Translations under genes and position numbers: made by a program | IMG/VR virus record: IMGVR_UViG_3300022305_000326 | Span: 1 to 64,000 of that record | Direction: 5' to 3' (one strand) | Origin: a virus | Taxonomy: Duplodnaviria > Caudoviricetes | DNA: 64,000 nucleotides | Shown here: in pieces, positions 1-9,702 of the stretch | How the letters are laid out: the number at the start of each line of letters is the position of its first letter | Position numbering within the stretch: the first letter of the stretch is position 1 | The notes under the pieces: model-generated | Told to the model about the DNA's origin: nothing | Databases searched by the model: none | Seen by the model: only the letters and a program-made list of their open reading frames with translations

Positions 1-562
1 CTCCGTCACCTTCCTCAAGCTCACGTAAATCTTTCAGACTCGGATAACGTAGAAGAATACCAACATCTTCATCCAACATTACCTGCTTACCCTTTTCCTT
101 ATATCCGAAATTTTCCGCGACATATGGAATATAATCTTCTAGTTCTTCATTTAATTGTTCAATCTCGATTTCATCAACGACAATTGACATCTTGACTTTA
201 TTCTTGCAGATTCTATAGGTACCATATTCAGGGTCCGTGAACTCTGTCGAATTATCAACGTTAGGACATTTTGTATTCTGGAATACGATGCTTAATGTGT
301 TCGATTTTGAAGCTGTCATCAATTTCAGGAACATATATTCCATATCAATCTGAGTCATATCGACAGCATCAAAATCTGCGTTGAGCATACAGTTATTGAT
401 AATCTGCTTAACGGCGTCGATCATTTCAGAATAACTCTTACTCTCTGCCGCAACTAATAGAATGGATTCTTCCTTGACGGTGTATGGACGATATTCCAGT
501 TCCTTTCCGTTAGACGGTAATTTTGCTCTATAAATTTTGTGCTTGATTGTTGGTAATGCCAT
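1..562 (-). CDS. gp26: T4 gp26-like baseplate hub assembly protein (3' end runs off the window; absent from ORF track)
   Basis: Manual translation from ATG at 562: MALPTIKHKIYRAKLPSNGKELEYRPYTVKEESILLVAAES...IINNC...DMEYMFLKL, matching the gp26 pattern LPS.G....RP.tvkEe..Ll; sits downstream of gp54-like. Confidence 0.85.
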   Translation of the reverse strand, partial: MALPTIKHKIYRAKLPSNGKELEYRPYTVKEESILLVAAESKSYSEMIDAVKQIINNCMLNADFDAVDMTQIDMEYMFLKLMTASKSNTLSIVFQNTKCPNVDNSTEFTDPEYGTYRICKNKVKMSIVVDEIEIEQLNEELEDYIPYVAENFGYKEKGKQVMLDEDVGILLRYPSLKDLRELEEGDG

Positions 563-578
563 AATATAAACTTCTCCG

Positions 579-1358
579 TTAAATGTTGCCTAGAACTGTG
601 TTGACTGATGCTAATATTGTATTTACTGGACCCAATATAGAACGTTTTGCGTCGATGTACTCTACACTCCACGAACGATATGCAAACCCTACATTAAGTT
701 TACATATTTCGTTCTGTGCAGCCCATGATAGATCGACCTGATTTTTCTGGATTGGGAATGCGTCTTGGTATGTATAGATGCATTCGATGTCACCTTGCAT
801 GTCATATTTGTATACCTGCACAGTACCAACATAGTCATTATAATAACCAACGTCATATGATGAGAGTGGATGTTGTTCACCAGATTTTGCTCTAGGATTA
901 CAATCGACTACCATATTCATCCATTGGTTGATCATTTTATCGACTTTCCATCCTCGTTCAACAAGGAATGAAATATTGAGGTCTGTATTCTGTGTCATGG
1001 ACTGTCCCATTGTGTAGGGATTACCATAGTCTTGATATTGAACTGGTACGATAGCCTGTCCGGGAATTGATACGGATTCACATAAAAATCTTAGTTTCTG
1101 TAGAGTAATCTCTCCTTTATAGAATTCTTTAACCCCATCCGTTATGCTTTTTAGCGACGTACCTATGCTATTATCGGTACCGAACCCACTACCTTCCCTT
1201 ATTTGATCTCGTGGAGCTTCGACTCTGATAGAGGAACCATTAGTTGTCTTTTGTCCGCTTCTATCCAATGGCGGTTGCATTCTAACTTCAAAATGTGCAG
1301 GATGGCTAAATCCTGTAGTTAAAAATCTCGCACGAAATTCGTTTATATTAAATGGCAC
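579..1358 (-). CDS. gp54: Baseplate-tail tube initiator, gp54-like (tail-tube fold)
   Basis: N-terminus FNINEFR resembles the gp19 in this window (FNINDFR); LCESVSIPG, DAFPI...DLSW, FAYRSW motifs; T4-like synteny. Confidence 0.7.
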   Translation of the reverse strand: MPFNINEFRARFLTTGFSHPAHFEVRMQPPLDRSGQKTTNGSSIRVEAPRDQIREGSGFGTDNSIGTSLKSITDGVKEFYKGEITLQKLRFLCESVSIPGQAIVPVQYQDYGNPYTMGQSMTQNTDLNISFLVERGWKVDKMINQWMNMVVDCNPRAKSGEQHPLSSYDVGYYNDYVGTVQVYKYDMQGDIECIYTYQDAFPIQKNQVDLSWAAQNEICKLNVGFAYRSWSVEYIDAKRSILGPVNTILASVNTVLGNI

Positions 1359-1360
1359 GA

Positions 1361-2272
1361 TTATTTACCTATCATTCTAATGGAGTCTGACCAAACTTTG
1401 GTAGACGATGCTTTACGGAACTGTTGCCATGGTAGAAACAGTGCCATATCCCATTCAATCGGTTGGATAGGATAGAATTTTGAACGAACATGAGCAAATA
1501 GATATTGCTTGAAACACGGCTGGAAATACTTAAATTTACTTGCACCCTTCAGCATGTTGTACGACAGGTTCAATCTAGTATTTTCGTTTATATCTTTATT
1601 GGTTGCTGTCGTATACAATGCATCCATTAACTTTGCTCTTAGTATTGGCGGTAGGTAATGCATATTTAGTCCAGTAAACCCATTTGCGGTATAATCGACC
1701 ACAAATATTAAAGGAAATGCGTCATAATATGGTAATTCATCTTTAGTCTTTGGGTCATACGAATAGAAGTACATGCTTCCGGGACTAATCGATAATGTGG
1801 GGAATGCTTTATCGACATCATTATCCTGATTACGTTTAGCTAATACATCCTTATAAGATTTCGAACTTGAGATACTTGCTGCTGCTTTTTGGCGGAACCA
1901 ATTCTTCGAATTTGAAACATTCTTGGGAACACGACCGCGTTTTGCTGCATCTTCTAAAATCTTTTCAAATACTGTCTTATCTTGATCGAACTGTTTTGGT
2001 GCTTCATCGACTGGTGTGGCAAGATCAATTTTACCGTTCTTGGTCTTGACAATTTTGTACTTACCGTTAGCCAATTTGATTTTAGCGTAACCGATATTCT
2101 GCTTTTTGTTCTTGCGGGATTCGTTTAATAGATTGATTAGGTTGTTACCAACAGCCTCGGTCAGTTTATCGCCAGCAAAGGCACCCTTTATCAAACTCGT
2201 ACCAACAACCTCAAATGATCCAAGTACAGCAGACCCAAGTTTATTCAATACTGTCTTGTTATCGTCTTCCAT
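1361..2272 (-). CDS. gp2: DNA end protector protein
   Basis: PGSMYFYSYDPKTKDELPYYDAFPLIF and GLNMHYLPP motifs; adjacent to gp4. Confidence 0.9.
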   Translation of the reverse strand: MEDDNKTVLNKLGSAVLGSFEVVGTSLIKGAFAGDKLTEAVGNNLINLLNESRKNKKQNIGYAKIKLANGKYKIVKTKNGKIDLATPVDEAPKQFDQDKTVFEKILEDAAKRGRVPKNVSNSKNWFRQKAAASISSSKSYKDVLAKRNQDNDVDKAFPTLSISPGSMYFYSYDPKTKDELPYYDAFPLIFVVDYTANGFTGLNMHYLPPILRAKLMDALYTTATNKDINENTRLNLSYNMLKGASKFKYFQPCFKQYLFAHVRSKFYPIQPIEWDMALFLPWQQFRKASSTKVWSDSIRMIGK

Positions 2273-2715
2273 TATATTTTGATACCTAATTTACCTAATG
2301 ATTTTTCTGTCCAGACCTTAAAGATCATTTCATTCTTACGAGCATAGTCCATAGCTGCACGCCATTTCGCATTATTCTTTTCCCATGTCATTAAACTTTC
2401 CATATATGATTCGTTTATTTTCTTTGGGGTTTTTGGTGGCTTGGTCTGAGTATCTGGCTTAATCTCTATCAATATCTGTTGGCCATTTTTGAACTTGACC
2501 CAGAAATCTACAAAATATCTATGATACTGGTTGTCAACAGGTGATATGTAAGGGATGACAATTTCTTCTGATGAAAATTGCACAACATCTGGATTTTCGT
2601 CGCACCACTTGAGAAACTTTAGTTCCCACGATGATCTAAAGGTTATCATTTTAAGATTTCCTTTATATTTACTTGAATTTTTAACCTGATACTTACCTTT
2701 ATAGGAACTGCGCAT
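2272..2715 (-). CDS. gp4: Head completion nuclease (TnsA-like PD-(D/E)xK)
   Basis: KYKGN...FRSSWELKFLKWCD.NP.V....SEEIVIPY, HRYFVDF, IEIKP, N.AKW.AA. Confidence 0.93.
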   Translation of the reverse strand: MRSSYKGKYQVKNSSKYKGNLKMITFRSSWELKFLKWCDENPDVVQFSSEEIVIPYISPVDNQYHRYFVDFWVKFKNGQQILIEIKPDTQTKPPKTPKKINESYMESLMTWEKNNAKWRAAMDYARKNEMIFKVWTEKSLGKLGIKI

Positions 2716-2722
2716 ATTTCAT

Positions 2723-2748
2723 CTTAAATAGTACACTATTATATTTAC
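2723..2748. promoter_or_regulatory. Pair of face-to-face gp55-type late promoter boxes (CTTAAATA on + at 2723-2730; GTAAATA on - at 2742-2748)
   Basis: TAAATA core of the T4 late promoter on both strands in the 45-nt gap between divergent gp4 and gp48. Confidence 0.55.
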
Positions 2749-2760
2749 AAAGAGTTTTGA

Positions 2761-3717
2761 ATGGAAAACAGTGCAGCTATAAGAGACATAAACAACTTTC
2801 CAAATAGTGGTCCCTTTAGATCGGAATACCCAGATGCCGCAAATGGTAAGTATAAAACATACACCTTTCCGTCCAATCTCGGTACTTTAGAAAATAGACA
2901 CTTTATGTCCATTGCAGCAATAGATCAATCGAGAAGTCGAGACGTGTCAGATGCTGGAAAAATTGAAACAAGAACATTTTACAATTTTCCATTGCCAAGA
3001 AACATCACAACTGGTCTTAATGCTGGATGGGAAACCGTAAATGTCGATTCCGTATTCGGTGGTGGATTCCTGATTGATCTTGGTAAATCTATTGCGCAGA
3101 ATGGATTGAACGGGTCAGGTGGTGGCTCAGATATTTTAAGCACGACATTACAGGACATAAAAAATGGCGCATCTAAAGTCACTGAGACACTAGCTAATGC
3201 TGGTCTAGGTCTTGGACTTAGAGCCTTGGCAAATGCTTCAAGTCTGACAAAATCTCTAGTAAGCAACATCGGACTCGGTAGTAGAAACTATTCATCACAG
3301 TTCTTTGAAGGTATGAGCCTGAGAGAGTTCACGTTCACATGGGAATTTCTACCTAAAAGTTATGCAGAGTCGTTGGTTTTACGTGAGATGGAAAAGGCGT
3401 TTAAGGTTGACATGACACCAAGTACAACTGCTATCAATCAATTCCTTATAAAGTATCCATGCAAATTTTTGATAATTTTCAATGCGATATCATCAGATGG
3501 CGCGGAAATATTCGAAAATACCTACTTACCAAAATTAAGACCTTGTGTATTGACCTCGGCAGTTTTTCAATTCAATGGCTCCGGTGTAAACAGTTTCCAT
3601 ACAGAACAGGGAAATATAACTGAAGGTTCACCCCCACTATCAGTCAGCGTTGCACTACAATTCAGAGAAACAGAACTACTATACAGCGACGATTTCAAAT
3701 TGGATTACGTAAGATAA
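2761..3717 (+). CDS. gp48: Baseplate tail tube cap
   Basis: FEGMSLREFTFTWEFLPKSYAES, YP.KF.I.F, CVLTS, LQFRETE motifs; followed by gp53. Confidence 0.85.
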   Translation: MENSAAIRDINNFPNSGPFRSEYPDAANGKYKTYTFPSNLGTLENRHFMSIAAIDQSRSRDVSDAGKIETRTFYNFPLPRNITTGLNAGWETVNVDSVFGGGFLIDLGKSIAQNGLNGSGGGSDILSTTLQDIKNGASKVTETLANAGLGLGLRALANASSLTKSLVSNIGLGSRNYSSQFFEGMSLREFTFTWEFLPKSYAESLVLREMEKAFKVDMTPSTTAINQFLIKYPCKFLIIFNAISSDGAEIFENTYLPKLRPCVLTSAVFQFNGSGVNSFHTEQGNITEGSPPLSVSVALQFRETELLYSDDFKLDYVR

Positions 3718-4373
3718 TGTCATATTTCAAAAATTTACCAACTCTAAATTTCTATGGTACTGGATCGGTTGATTCCGCGTCCCTGATTTCCAATGCTCCC
3801 GGATTACAGAAACAAATCTCTTATGGTGTAACCCTTAGAGATTTAACTATCAGATACAAAATACGTGAGGATGTAATCTCAAATAATGTCGTATTCTATC
3901 CGTATACGTGGAACGATAATGACCGACCTGACACTGTAGCCGCCAAGTATTACGGCAATTCTTCGTATTGGTGGGTCGTGTTCTATTCCAATAAAGCATT
4001 CAACTACTATTTTGATTTCTGTTTGGGTCAGGATCAATTCCTCAAATATCTTCTCAAGAAATATGTCAAGACGTATTACCCAAATAGAGAAACATGGCAG
4101 TTGACTCTCAATGAACGAAACACACTTCTCAATACATTACAAATAGATATTTCGTATTATAGATCGGTCGATGGTGAGATTGTGGACAAGGCATATTATG
4201 ATTCATTCTCTCCGACCGATCCTAATCGTCCAATTCCTATAACTATCTATAATGACGAAGAAGTACGTAACGAAGCTAAACGTGAAATCAAGCTCTTGGA
4301 TAAAAGATACGTACAACAGGTACAGTCTGAATTAGAGTCTGAAACTAAAGTTAGACGAATCAGAGGTCGATAA
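3717..4373 (+). CDS. gp53: Baseplate wedge subunit (LysM-like)
   Basis: MSYFKNLP; DRPDTVAAKYYGNSSYWWVV; E..RNEAKREIKLL. Confidence 0.9.
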   Translation: MSYFKNLPTLNFYGTGSVDSASLISNAPGLQKQISYGVTLRDLTIRYKIREDVISNNVVFYPYTWNDNDRPDTVAAKYYGNSSYWWVVFYSNKAFNYYFDFCLGQDQFLKYLLKKYVKTYYPNRETWQLTLNERNTLLNTLQIDISYYRSVDGEIVDKAYYDSFSPTDPNRPIPITIYNDEEVRNEAKREIKLLDKRYVQQVQSELESETKVRRIRGR

Positions 4374-5710
4374 TGGCTGATGGAAATGTAACTGGGTATA
4401 ATATCCCCGGTAATTATGTACTAGATTCTATTGCAATTCAGAATTTTGATAAGTCTGAGTCTGTGGAAATGCGCGCTATGGTACAGAAAATGGTCATAGA
4501 AGAATCCATAATGTCATCCGCTGTTCATGGATTCATTGACGTTCTGGATACTGACGGTCTTCATGTGGATTTACCTATTTTTGGTCAGGAAACATTGACT
4601 CTAAAATACTCAACCGAAAACAGCGACAAATATCCAAGCATCAAAAGAACTTTCAGAATATACAAGATGGGTAGTAAGGTTCCAACCAACCTGAATGCTG
4701 TAACGTATAAACTATATTTCGTGTCAGAAGAATTGATCAAGAGTGAAAGCACTAAAATACAAAAGTCTTATAGAAATCAGGCAATATCTGATATCGTGAA
4801 TGACGTATTCTTAACGGTCAAGAATGATGTTCCAATTAATGTTGAACCAACCGTCAATACCCAGCGTATAGTAGTCCCTTACATGTCACCATTCAAGACA
4901 CTGAATTGGTTGTCCACATTTGCGGTCACTGGTAAAACACAGAATACATCGTTTCTATTTTATCAGGACAAAGACGCATTTCAATTCGTCAGTGTACAGA
5001 GTCTTTTAGAAAAGCCGTCTAAGGGAACATTTGAAAGGGTTCCGGTCAAGAATAGAGAAGTGACCGGCGATTTTAAAGATCGTAGTATTCAGAAAATGAT
5101 AATGAATCAGATGTTCGATAATCTATCATCATTATCAGAAGGTGCCTTTGGCTCAACCGTCCAGATATATGATCATTTGACGAGAACTTATAAAACTCAG
5201 ACGTATAGATATGATACGGATTATGATACAAGAAAATATCTAGAAACTGGTACGTTCGATACGTCAGCACTGTTCACAAAGGATGCTGAATTTTTGAATC
5301 CGTTGGCATGTAGAAAATTCATAATCAGTTCAACATCACAAGTTGATTCATCTTATATACAGAACAAGCAAGTAGACAATGAAGTCTTTTCCAAGAAACG
5401 AGAAGAATCATTGAACGCTAGATTGAGTCAGATTCTACAATTATCCCAGATAAAAATTCACATTGATGTTCCGGGCGATTCTAGTTTGACATGTGGGGAT
5501 GTTATCGATCTTAAAGTTCCTTCATATGGTATCGAAACTAAGCAGAAGCCTAATGATCAATATTATACTGGAAGATATTTGATTCAATCTATTCGACATG
5601 TTTTTGATGGAATGATCTATACATGTGAAATGGAACTATTGAAAGATTCTGTAAACTCAACACATAAAAATACACCAAGTAATGATAAGGGGTCTAACGA
5701 GAAAGCATAA
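4373..5710 (+). CDS. Baseplate central hub protein (gp27-like)
   Basis: ESI.S....G.I...D, FLFYQD...FQFVS..SL, VPGDSSLTCGDVI.L, YTGRYLI.SIRH; located between gp53 and gp5. Confidence 0.7.
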   Translation: MADGNVTGYNIPGNYVLDSIAIQNFDKSESVEMRAMVQKMVIEESIMSSAVHGFIDVLDTDGLHVDLPIFGQETLTLKYSTENSDKYPSIKRTFRIYKMGSKVPTNLNAVTYKLYFVSEELIKSESTKIQKSYRNQAISDIVNDVFLTVKNDVPINVEPTVNTQRIVVPYMSPFKTLNWLSTFAVTGKTQNTSFLFYQDKDAFQFVSVQSLLEKPSKGTFERVPVKNREVTGDFKDRSIQKMIMNQMFDNLSSLSEGAFGSTVQIYDHLTRTYKTQTYRYDTDYDTRKYLETGTFDTSALFTKDAEFLNPLACRKFIISSTSQVDSSYIQNKQVDNEVFSKKREESLNARLSQILQLSQIKIHIDVPGDSSLTCGDVIDLKVPSYGIETKQKPNDQYYTGRYLIQSIRHVFDGMIYTCEMELLKDSVNSTHKNTPSNDKGSNEKA

Positions 5711-6828
5711 TGGTATTCGATAAATCAAGTTATGGAATGAATGGTTTTTTCTGGTTCTTTGGTGTTGTCGAAGATCGTAAAGACCCATTAAACTGCGGGC
5801 GTGTAAGAGTCCGATGCTATTATTGGAATAATGAAGACCCTACACAGGTTCCAGTAGAGGATTTGCCATGGGCGCAAGTCGTTATGCCTGTGTCGTCAGC
5901 ATCGGTGTCTGGTGTTGGTCATAGTCCAACCGGAATAGTTGAAGGCTCTACTGTATTCGGATTTTTCGTTGATGGTCTTGAAGCACAGATGCCGATGATC
6001 ATAGGAACCGTCCCAGCAATACCAGCAGCAGTCGCCAACTATCAAATAGGTTTTAATGATCCTAGAACAGATACGCAGGGATTTCCGAAATATGTTCTAG
6101 GTAACACCCCAAGAACATTTCCAGCGTTTGCAGATGAGCCAGATGCTAATCGACTAGCTAGAAATGAAAACATAGATCAGACGATTAATTCATTCAAGGT
6201 TCCCGTTGACCAGATTGTATCTGCAAGTGGCACGTCGATATCACAACCATCTGATCCATATAATGCCAAATATCCATTTAACCATGTATATCAATCTGAG
6301 TCTGGTCATACTATAGAGGTCGATGATACTCCTGATGCAGAACGTATTCATATATTTCATCGATCTGGTACTAGAGTCGAAATTTTTCCAGACGGCTCCA
6401 TAGTCACAATTGGTAAGAACAATTCATATACCGCAATAGATGGTAATGGTGTTGAGCATGTTAAGGGAACTAAGGATGTTGTTGTTGATGGTAATGCGAC
6501 ATTAAAGATCAATGATATGACTATTCAGGTAACTGGTGGTGATTATAAATTATCTGTCGACTCTGGTAATGCGACATTGACAATTAATGGCAATCTAAAT
6601 ATGAATATAACAGGTGATGTATCTGAAACTATAGGTGGAAATTTGACCCGTAATGTTTCAGGTTCAATCAATGAATCAGCTTCCTCAATTACGTACAATA
6701 CTCCTAGTATATCAGCTAGTGGTACAATTGTAGCAACTGGAAATGTAACTGGTGCTGGTATTTCACTACAAACTCATTCGCATGTTGGTGTACGTTCTGG
6801 TGGCGATGTTTCCGGTCCACCAATCTAA
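5710..6828 (+). CDS. gp5: Baseplate central spike gp5 (OB-fold plus beta-helix, no lysozyme domain, HxH tip)
   Basis: WFFGVVEDRKDPLNCGRVRVR OB-fold; YPFNHVYQSESGH.IE.DDTP.AERI; V/IxG repeats; C-terminus SLQTHSHVGVRSGG. Confidence 0.9.
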   Translation: MVFDKSSYGMNGFFWFFGVVEDRKDPLNCGRVRVRCYYWNNEDPTQVPVEDLPWAQVVMPVSSASVSGVGHSPTGIVEGSTVFGFFVDGLEAQMPMIIGTVPAIPAAVANYQIGFNDPRTDTQGFPKYVLGNTPRTFPAFADEPDANRLARNENIDQTINSFKVPVDQIVSASGTSISQPSDPYNAKYPFNHVYQSESGHTIEVDDTPDAERIHIFHRSGTRVEIFPDGSIVTIGKNNSYTAIDGNGVEHVKGTKDVVVDGNATLKINDMTIQVTGGDYKLSVDSGNATLTINGNLNMNITGDVSETIGGNLTRNVSGSINESASSITYNTPSISASGTIVATGNVTGAGISLQTHSHVGVRSGGDVSGPPI

Positions 6829-6838
6829 AGGGATATAA

Positions 6839-8575
6839 ATGGCAAAGATTAATGGTACTTTAACCGTAACAGATAAAACGACAACCGCATCATTAGATGT
6901 AGGTGGTACTACTAATTTATTCGGTCCTGTAATTCTTGGTAATACGTTAACAGTAAACGCTCCAACTTCTGCCTTACATGCTGCGACGAAACAGTATGTG
7001 GATGATATAGCTGCTACGAAGCTTAATATCTCTGGTGGAACCCTGACAGGCCCGTTATTGCTTGCTGCTGATCCAACGGTCGCATTACAAGCTGCCACCA
7101 AACAGTATGTCGATAATCTAACAAATGCTTCTGGTGTCACTGTCACAACTGCACCGGGAAGTGGTGGTTCTGCAAATGAACCGACTTACATGACATTAAT
7201 AGACCCTTCTAGCACACCTACGGCGGTAGTGTTGAAGAATCTATCAAGAGGTCCGGGAATTTCACTTTATAGTGGTGCTGGTAGTGGTCAAATTTATATT
7301 GCTAATAGACCGTATATCGGAATAGATGCGTCAGATTTTCCGGCATTCGTAAGAACAGACTATAGCCTCAATACACAGAAAGGTAGAATGTTTTACCTAA
7401 AGGCTCCTACTGGTATATCAGGAACACGCAATGTAAGACTGTTGATTGATAGAATCGAGTTCCCTTCAGCCACAGATTTAGGGGCAGACTTTGAACTTGA
7501 TGTAAATGAAGGTATCGTATTCAGTATAATTGTTGATAACACTACAGCATTTGTCAGTAGCATAAGTGGTATATTATTCAATAGTGTAACAAACATACCA
7601 ATAAGTTATCAGGCATCTCCATATGCAGGTTTGATTCATATAGAACTCATGATGATTCGTAGAGCATCAGGACATTCTATTGTTGTGAAATCTATTGAAG
7701 AATTCGATACTGGCTCTAGTGGAGTATTCGGACCAAATTATATCTACCGAAATTCTAAGAATGTAAACAAGCCGATTTCTTCATATATCACAAGTGGCGC
7801 AACTCCAGCCGATATTAATATCGGCTACGAAATGATCACAAGTACCAATTTGATATCATCACCAAGCGGTCCTGTTAATATTGTCGTCCCAACAACTTCA
7901 ACATTAAACATTCCTATAGATTCAGAAATAATTATACACAATATAGGAACATTCCCATTTACTCTTGTTCCTGCTAGTGGTGTCACATTCCTAAATAACT
8001 CCACAAGTCTCGTATTCCCACAATCTAGAAGAGTTGTTCTTCGTAGATATTCTGGTGAAAATTGGATAATTACTAATCATGATGGATATGCAGATAGTAA
8101 ATTAGCACTATCTGGTGGTACGTTAACCGGAACCCTCACACTCAATGCCGATCCTGTATCAGCGTTACAAGCTGCTACCAAACAGTATGTTGATAATGCT
8201 CCATATACAAGTTTCTATGAACTTAGAGCGACATTCGTTAATGGTGGAATAGCTGTCGTTGCAGATGATGCTAATGTAGTCTACATAACTATACCAGAAA
8301 CAGGAAACCTACAATTCTATTCATTGTTTGGTAATGGTGGTCCAAGTGGATGTAGTATCGACGTATGGAAAGTCCCATTCGCATCATTCCCACCATCAGT
8401 AGCAAACAGTATAACAGGCGGTAATTATCCGACGATATCCGGAACATCAAGTGCATCTGATGGTGTACTTTCTGGATGGACCAAACCAGTTAATGCTGGT
8501 GATGTAATCGGAATCAAATTAAGAACAAATGGTTTATTCACATCAATATTTTTCACACTTAGAGTATCTGTATAA
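6839..8575 (+). CDS. Fibre-like virion protein, cassette 1 leader (3x AATKQYVD neck repeats, C-terminal jelly-roll-like domain)
   Basis: Repeats of GGTLTG.L.L.ADP..ALQAATKQYVD; N-terminus MAKINGTL shared with 9702. Confidence 0.65.
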   Translation: MAKINGTLTVTDKTTTASLDVGGTTNLFGPVILGNTLTVNAPTSALHAATKQYVDDIAATKLNISGGTLTGPLLLAADPTVALQAATKQYVDNLTNASGVTVTTAPGSGGSANEPTYMTLIDPSSTPTAVVLKNLSRGPGISLYSGAGSGQIYIANRPYIGIDASDFPAFVRTDYSLNTQKGRMFYLKAPTGISGTRNVRLLIDRIEFPSATDLGADFELDVNEGIVFSIIVDNTTAFVSSISGILFNSVTNIPISYQASPYAGLIHIELMMIRRASGHSIVVKSIEEFDTGSSGVFGPNYIYRNSKNVNKPISSYITSGATPADINIGYEMITSTNLISSPSGPVNIVVPTTSTLNIPIDSEIIIHNIGTFPFTLVPASGVTFLNNSTSLVFPQSRRVVLRRYSGENWIITNHDGYADSKLALSGGTLTGTLTLNADPVSALQAATKQYVDNAPYTSFYELRATFVNGGIAVVADDANVVYITIPETGNLQFYSLFGNGGPSGCSIDVWKVPFASFPPSVANSITGGNYPTISGTSSASDGVLSGWTKPVNAGDVIGIKLRTNGLFTSIFFTLRVSV

Positions 8576-9447
8576 TGTCAATCAATTCATACACATCACC
8601 GATTAACCACACCACTGACGCCAGTTTTAGACAATGGGGGTTAGATTTTTCTAATGGGTTAACCGCTGTCGGTTTAGTTCAAACTGCCGATACTGGTCAG
8701 ATCAATTGGACGACTGTAACAAGACCAGCAATTAACGTTTCGGCTGGTTATGAAATTCGCCGTTCATCTGACTCAACGATATATTATAAATTCGAATTTG
8801 GTACCGCTGGTACTGCAACCTTTCCGCAGATGTGGATCACGGTTGGTCAGTCATCTAACGGTGCCGGTACACTTACCGGGCAGTTATCGACCAGAAATAT
8901 TTGGACTTCCGCATCGACCCCAATTTCAACGACAACGCCGTACTCGACTTTCATGTCAGCAAGCGCAGATATGTTTGCCGTTGTGTGGGGACAGAATGGT
9001 TTCGCAACTGGTGCTGTTGCTCCGGGTGGAACTCTTGTCGTTGGAAAAACTGTCGATAATACAGGTCTTCCGACTACGATTGGATATACCGTATTACGTC
9101 AGGTGGCTCAGACGAACTTTGCAATGCAGTCTGTTAGAATCGCCGCAACTGCAACGACGTTCACGGAATCAACATTCTTCTCCATAGTTCCCGGTGCAGT
9201 TACATCATCGGTAACTGCTGGTAATAACCAAGCTTATTTGATGTGGGGTAATCATCCTGAAGTATTACCGAACCTATACTCAACAACCGTTGTTGCTGCT
9301 GAAGTTCCTGAAAATACTACATTCAGCGTCGCGTTAATCGGTGCGACATCACATACGTATTTGTGCATTGGTGGATTAGGCACGACTAACATCGGTCCTG
9401 CTAACGCTAACGCAACCACATATAGCTTAGCATTTTTATACGAGTAA
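8575..9447 (+). CDS. Putative virion/receptor-binding protein (Thr/Gly/Ala-rich, beta-rich)
   Basis: TAATG-coupled to the fibre gene; composition typical of fibre-tip proteins; no family recognised. Confidence 0.45.
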   Translation: MSINSYTSPINHTTDASFRQWGLDFSNGLTAVGLVQTADTGQINWTTVTRPAINVSAGYEIRRSSDSTIYYKFEFGTAGTATFPQMWITVGQSSNGAGTLTGQLSTRNIWTSASTPISTTTPYSTFMSASADMFAVVWGQNGFATGAVAPGGTLVVGKTVDNTGLPTTIGYTVLRQVAQTNFAMQSVRIAATATTFTESTFFSIVPGAVTSSVTAGNNQAYLMWGNHPEVLPNLYSTTVVAAEVPENTTFSVALIGATSHTYLCIGGLGTTNIGPANANATTYSLAFLYE

Positions 9448-9450
9448 TAT

Positions 9451-9702
9451 ATGGCATTCGTTCCTGCACCATCAACCGCAATAGCGGCTAGACCTTACTC
9501 GGCAGCAACAGAAAAACCTGCAACTGGGAAACTTGTGGCTACTGTTATGCCTGCTCCAGAATATGAATTCGCTGGTAGATCGTATAATCCAACTGTTACA
9601 GTTATCCCACCACAGATGTTGGCAGGAGTCTTGATTGCTGCACCAACTGTTACAAAGGTGGTTGTAAATACTGGCGCTAAAAGTGTGGGGTATGCAGGCT
9701 AA
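9451..9702 (+). CDS. Small Pro/Ala/Thr-rich protein, third gene of cassette 1
   Basis: Fills the gap exactly, with TAATG coupling to 9702. Confidence 0.55.
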   Translation: MAFVPAPSTAIAARPYSAATEKPATGKLVATVMPAPEYEFAGRSYNPTVTVIPPQMLAGVLIAAPTVTKVVVNTGAKSVGYAG

